NCBI GenBank assembly: GCA_002269645.1
Contig: NIVC01000129.1
Location: 852,755-916,754, forward strand
Source of the DNA: Macrostomum lignano
Lineage: Eukaryota
Reading direction: 5' to 3'
DNA length: 64,000 nucleotides
Part shown: positions 60,744 through 64,000 of the stretch, piece by piece
Position numbering within the stretch: the stretch's first letter is position 1
How the letters are laid out: each line of letters opens with the position of its first letter
Translations under genes and position numbers: made by a program
Notes under the pieces: generated by a model
Seen by the model: the letters and a program-made list of their open reading frames with translations, nothing else
The model's database searches: none
What the model was told of the DNA's origin: nothing

Positions 60744-63483
60744 TCATCGCTTGGCGAAGCCGCCCATTCTGGCCGGGTCCTGGCTGGGGTAGCTGCTGCT
60801 GCCACCGCCGCTCGATGACAGCCCTGGCAGCAGGCTGGGAACACCTGGCGGTAGTGGCTCAGTTGAAGCCGCACTACCCGATGCTGAAGCTTTCGAAGTC
60901 GAAGCCGCAGCCGCGGACGATGACTCCGACGACGGTCCAGCCTCCAGAGCGGCCAGCGCGGCCTCCTCTCGCTGCTGTTGAATAGTGGCGTATTTAGTCA
61001 TGAGCTTGTTAGCCACGGGATCGTTTGTGCCGTGGTAGCGATCGCGGATGTTCTGCTCGGACAGCGGGTCGTCGGGATCTGTTGGGCGCTCGTGCCTGTG
61101 GGATGGACAGGTGAAAGCTTTTCAGTTTTTCAACACTCATGTCGTTCGTTACCTGGTGAATGGAACTTTTAGTGAATGGGCACAGGTGAGTAGCACAGGG
61201 GAACAGGTGGGTAGCATTGGGGGCACAGATGAGTAGCATAGGGGGCACAGGTGAGTAGCATAGGGGGCACAGGTGAGTAGCACAGGGGCACAGGTGAGTA
61301 GCACAGGTGAGTAGCACAGGGGAACAGGTAGGTAGCACAGGGGGCACAGGTGAGTAGCACAGGTGCACAGGTGAGTAGCACAGGGGCACATGTGAGTAGC
61401 ACAGGAAAACAGGTGAGTAGCACAGGGGCACAGGTGAGTGGCACAGGGGCACAGGTGAGTAGCACAGGGGAACAGGTGAGTAGCACAGGAGCACATGTGA
61501 GTGGCACAGGGGCACAGGTGAGTAGCACAGGGGCACAGGTGAGTAGCACAGGGCGCACAGGTGAGTAGCACAGGGGCACATGTGAGTGGCACAGGGGCAC
61601 AGGTCAGTGGCACAGGGGTACAATCCAACCGCTCACCTATACGGACACTCCTCGCCGCGTCTGCATTCGCCTTTAACGTAGAAGCTGCAAATATGCGGCC
61701 GGTTCCGCTTATAATATGGCGTAGTTCTGGCCAGCCGGTGCAGCATCTCCGAGGATGGCGCCGGAGCCTTACCGCCGCCGCCGCTGCCGCCTGCTAGGGC
61801 TGCCAGCGCGCCGCTGCCACCAACGCCGCTGCCGCCACCCCGCCGCCGGCCGTCAGAGCGCCGGCAGTCAGAGCCTGGTTCTGTGTTCAGGTTGTTATGT
61901 ATCTTTTTGGAGTATATTTGTTTTTATTTTTAATAAATAATAAATTGCTTTACACGGTGTGGGTGAGTGAGTAATTGAGTAAGTGAGTGAGCGAGTAAGT
62001 GAGTAATTGAATGAGTGATAAAGTAAGTGAGTAAGTGAGTGACTGATTGAGTGAGTGATTAAGTGATTGAGTGAGTGATTGAGTGAGTGATTAAGTGATT
62101 GAGTGAGTGATTGAGTGAGTGAGTGACTGATTGAGTGATTGAGTGATTGAGTGATTGAGTGAGTGAGTGATTGAGTGATTGAGTGATTGAGTGAGTGAGT
62201 GAGTGATGGAGTGAGTGTGTGAGTGAGTGATTAAGTAAGTGATTGAGTAAGTGATTGAGTGATTGAGTAAGTGAGTGTCAGTGAGTGAGTGAGTGATGAG
62301 TGATTAAGTAAGCGATTGAGTGACTGAGTGAGTGATTGAGTAAGTGAGGGAGTATCGATGTGAATAACTATGAGAAAGTGAAGGAGGGTGTGAATAACTA
62401 TGAGCAAGTGAAGGAGAGTGTGAATAACTATGAGCAAGTGAAGGAGGGTGTGAATAACTATGAGCAAGTGAAGGAGGGTGTGAATAACTATGAGCAAGTG
62501 AAGGAGGGTGTGAATAACTATGAGCAAGTGAAAGAGGGTGTGAATAACTAATGAGCAAGTGAAGGAGGGTGTGAATAACTATGAGCAAGTGAAGGAGGGT
62601 GTGAATAACTATGAGCAAAGGAAGGAGGGTGTGAATAACTATGAGCAAGTGAAGGAGGGTGTGAATGCCTATGAGAAAGTGAAGGAGGGTGTGAATAACT
62701 ATGAGCAAGTGAAGGAGGGTGTGAATAACTATGAGCAAGTGAAGGAGGGTGTGAATAACTATGAGCAAGTGAAGGAGGGTGTGAATAACTATGAGCAAGT
62801 GAAGGAGGGTGCGAATAACTATGAGCAAGTGAAGGAGGGTGTGAATGCCTATGAGCAAGTGAAGGAGGGTGTGAATAACTATGAGCAAGTGAAGGAGGGT
62901 GTGAATAACTATGAGCAAGTGAAGGAGGGTGTGAATAACTATGAGCAAGTGAAGGAGGGTGTGACTGCCTAGATTGGTGAGTATACGACTGGTTAAATGA
63001 CGTGATAGCATCAAAAACAAGCATTGCACTCATTGCATAATTTATGAATAAATTAAAATACAGTGCAATGTACACAGTTCTCACCTGCCATGGCACAGTT
63101 GGGTCGTCAGCCAGCACTCGTTCAACCTGCTGCATATAATACTCGCGCCCCACATCGGATTTAGGCAGTTTCTCGTTAATCTTAAGCGCTTTATCCGAAC
63201 CTCAACTGGCAGTCCATACTGCAGGTCCAGAATGCAGGTCTGGCAGACATTTTTAATCTTAGCGCAGGTCTGACAGACTTCTGTCTTTTTAAACCGCGAC
63301 TTTGGCCCGGGACACCAGCGGAACACGGTGAATGGCCTGGTGCAAATCTTGCACTCTTTACCATAGCGCTCCTTCATCATTCTTAAGTAGGGATTTTCTC
63401 CCAGACAAGTCTGGCACAGGATGGGAAACTCCGCATCCTCCAGTTCTGTCGATTGTAAGTGTTGGTGCCTTGGAGTGAGCCAT
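60744..63483 (-). CDS. RBM22: Pre-mRNA splicing factor RBM22-like (zinc fingers + CCCH, no RRM); four single-base frameshifts as assembled
   Basis: Exons 63483-63085, 61874-61637, 61095-60744. Motifs [93 protein letters not shown], and C-terminal YPSQDP.RMG. Confidence 0.9.
61190..61620. repeat. ~20-bp minisatellite (CACAGGTGAGTAGCACAGGGG)n in RBM22 intron 2
   Basis: Tandem units visible. Confidence 0.93.
61965..62345. repeat. (GAGT/GATT)n degenerate microsatellite
   Basis: Direct. Confidence 0.9.
62360..62965. repeat. 30-bp minisatellite (GTGAATAACTATGAGCAAGTGAAGGAGGGT)n in RBM22 intron 1
   Basis: About 20 highly homogeneous units. Confidence 0.95.
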
Positions 63484-64000
63484 GCCAGCTGCGCAAAGGG
63501 GATTTTTGGATGGCTTGGCTGAGTATTTTAATAATAATAATAATAATTTGCCCATAAACCGATTCAAGCTAGATTTTTTGGCCTATTTTTATGGCATATC
63601 AGCATACATGCATAGTTTGGATTGTGTATTAGTGTACATTGGGTGCAGTGCAGTGAAAGAAAAAGTACATGACCAATTTGTATACCAGGGCCTAAAAATG
63701 TTTTTAACTTTGTAAACCAAAGTTGTACACTTTTTCATTCTTGAATTTATTAATAATGCAGAGTAACAAACTTAAAAAATTTACCATTTTTCAACATGCA
63801 CTGAGAAGAGAATTATAAAGGAAGTACTTTAAATACTTTTATTGAAAAACTGAGATTGAGATAGAAATTAAAAAATTGAGAAATATATGTTTTTTAAGTA
63901 CAATGTTCAAATTGCTTTTTAATTAATTTTTTTCTTTGTTCTGTGAATCCATATTGATTGTGTTGTATACAGGCATATAACAAGGGTCTTACCATTTTTT

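Noticed and set aside
62360-62972. Repeat protein ([10 protein letters not shown])n
   Set aside because: A 30-bp unit is simply stop-free in one frame. It is broken by a 1-bp insertion, lies antisense in an RBM22 intron, and has no unique flanking coding sequence.

Overview
Eukaryotic (animal) genomic DNA with GC-rich exons and introns packed with mini- and microsatellites. The style suggests a free-living flatworm such as Macrostomum, but that is inference and was not verified. Host genes: the 3' end of an unidentified gene (3-437), a four-exon tetraspanin with a long C-tail (2473-6861), and two intact ~27 kb-spaced copies of a 12-exon secreted CUB + 9x LDLa gene (8008-13563 and 35166-43638). 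Further right are ABHD16A (minus, 46206-56316) with a divergent rhodopsin-type GPCR nested antisense in one intron (48557-52326), and RBM22 (minus, 60744-63483). Between the two CUB-LDLa copies is a ~17 kb transposon cluster: a TA-flanked TIR element, a THAP/P-element transposase cut by a Crypton-like fragment with a terminal hairpin, an Ingi/I-group LINE, a Ty3/Gypsy element with short LTRs and a Tc1 remnant. A head-to-tail Helitron array, a CORE-like tRNA SINE and a hAT MITE lie in the right half. The most notable observations are: an HDV-like ribozyme fold, a 2A-like motif and no internal AUG at the LINE 5' end; an RBM22 lacking its RRM; an ABHD16A lacking a central exon; patchwork divergence of the CUB-LDLa paralogs; and minisatellite-carrying tandem Helitrons. 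Four single-G deletions in RBM22 suggest long-read indel errors, so frameshifts anywhere in the window may be artefacts. No CRISPR array, rRNA or true tRNA gene was seen.
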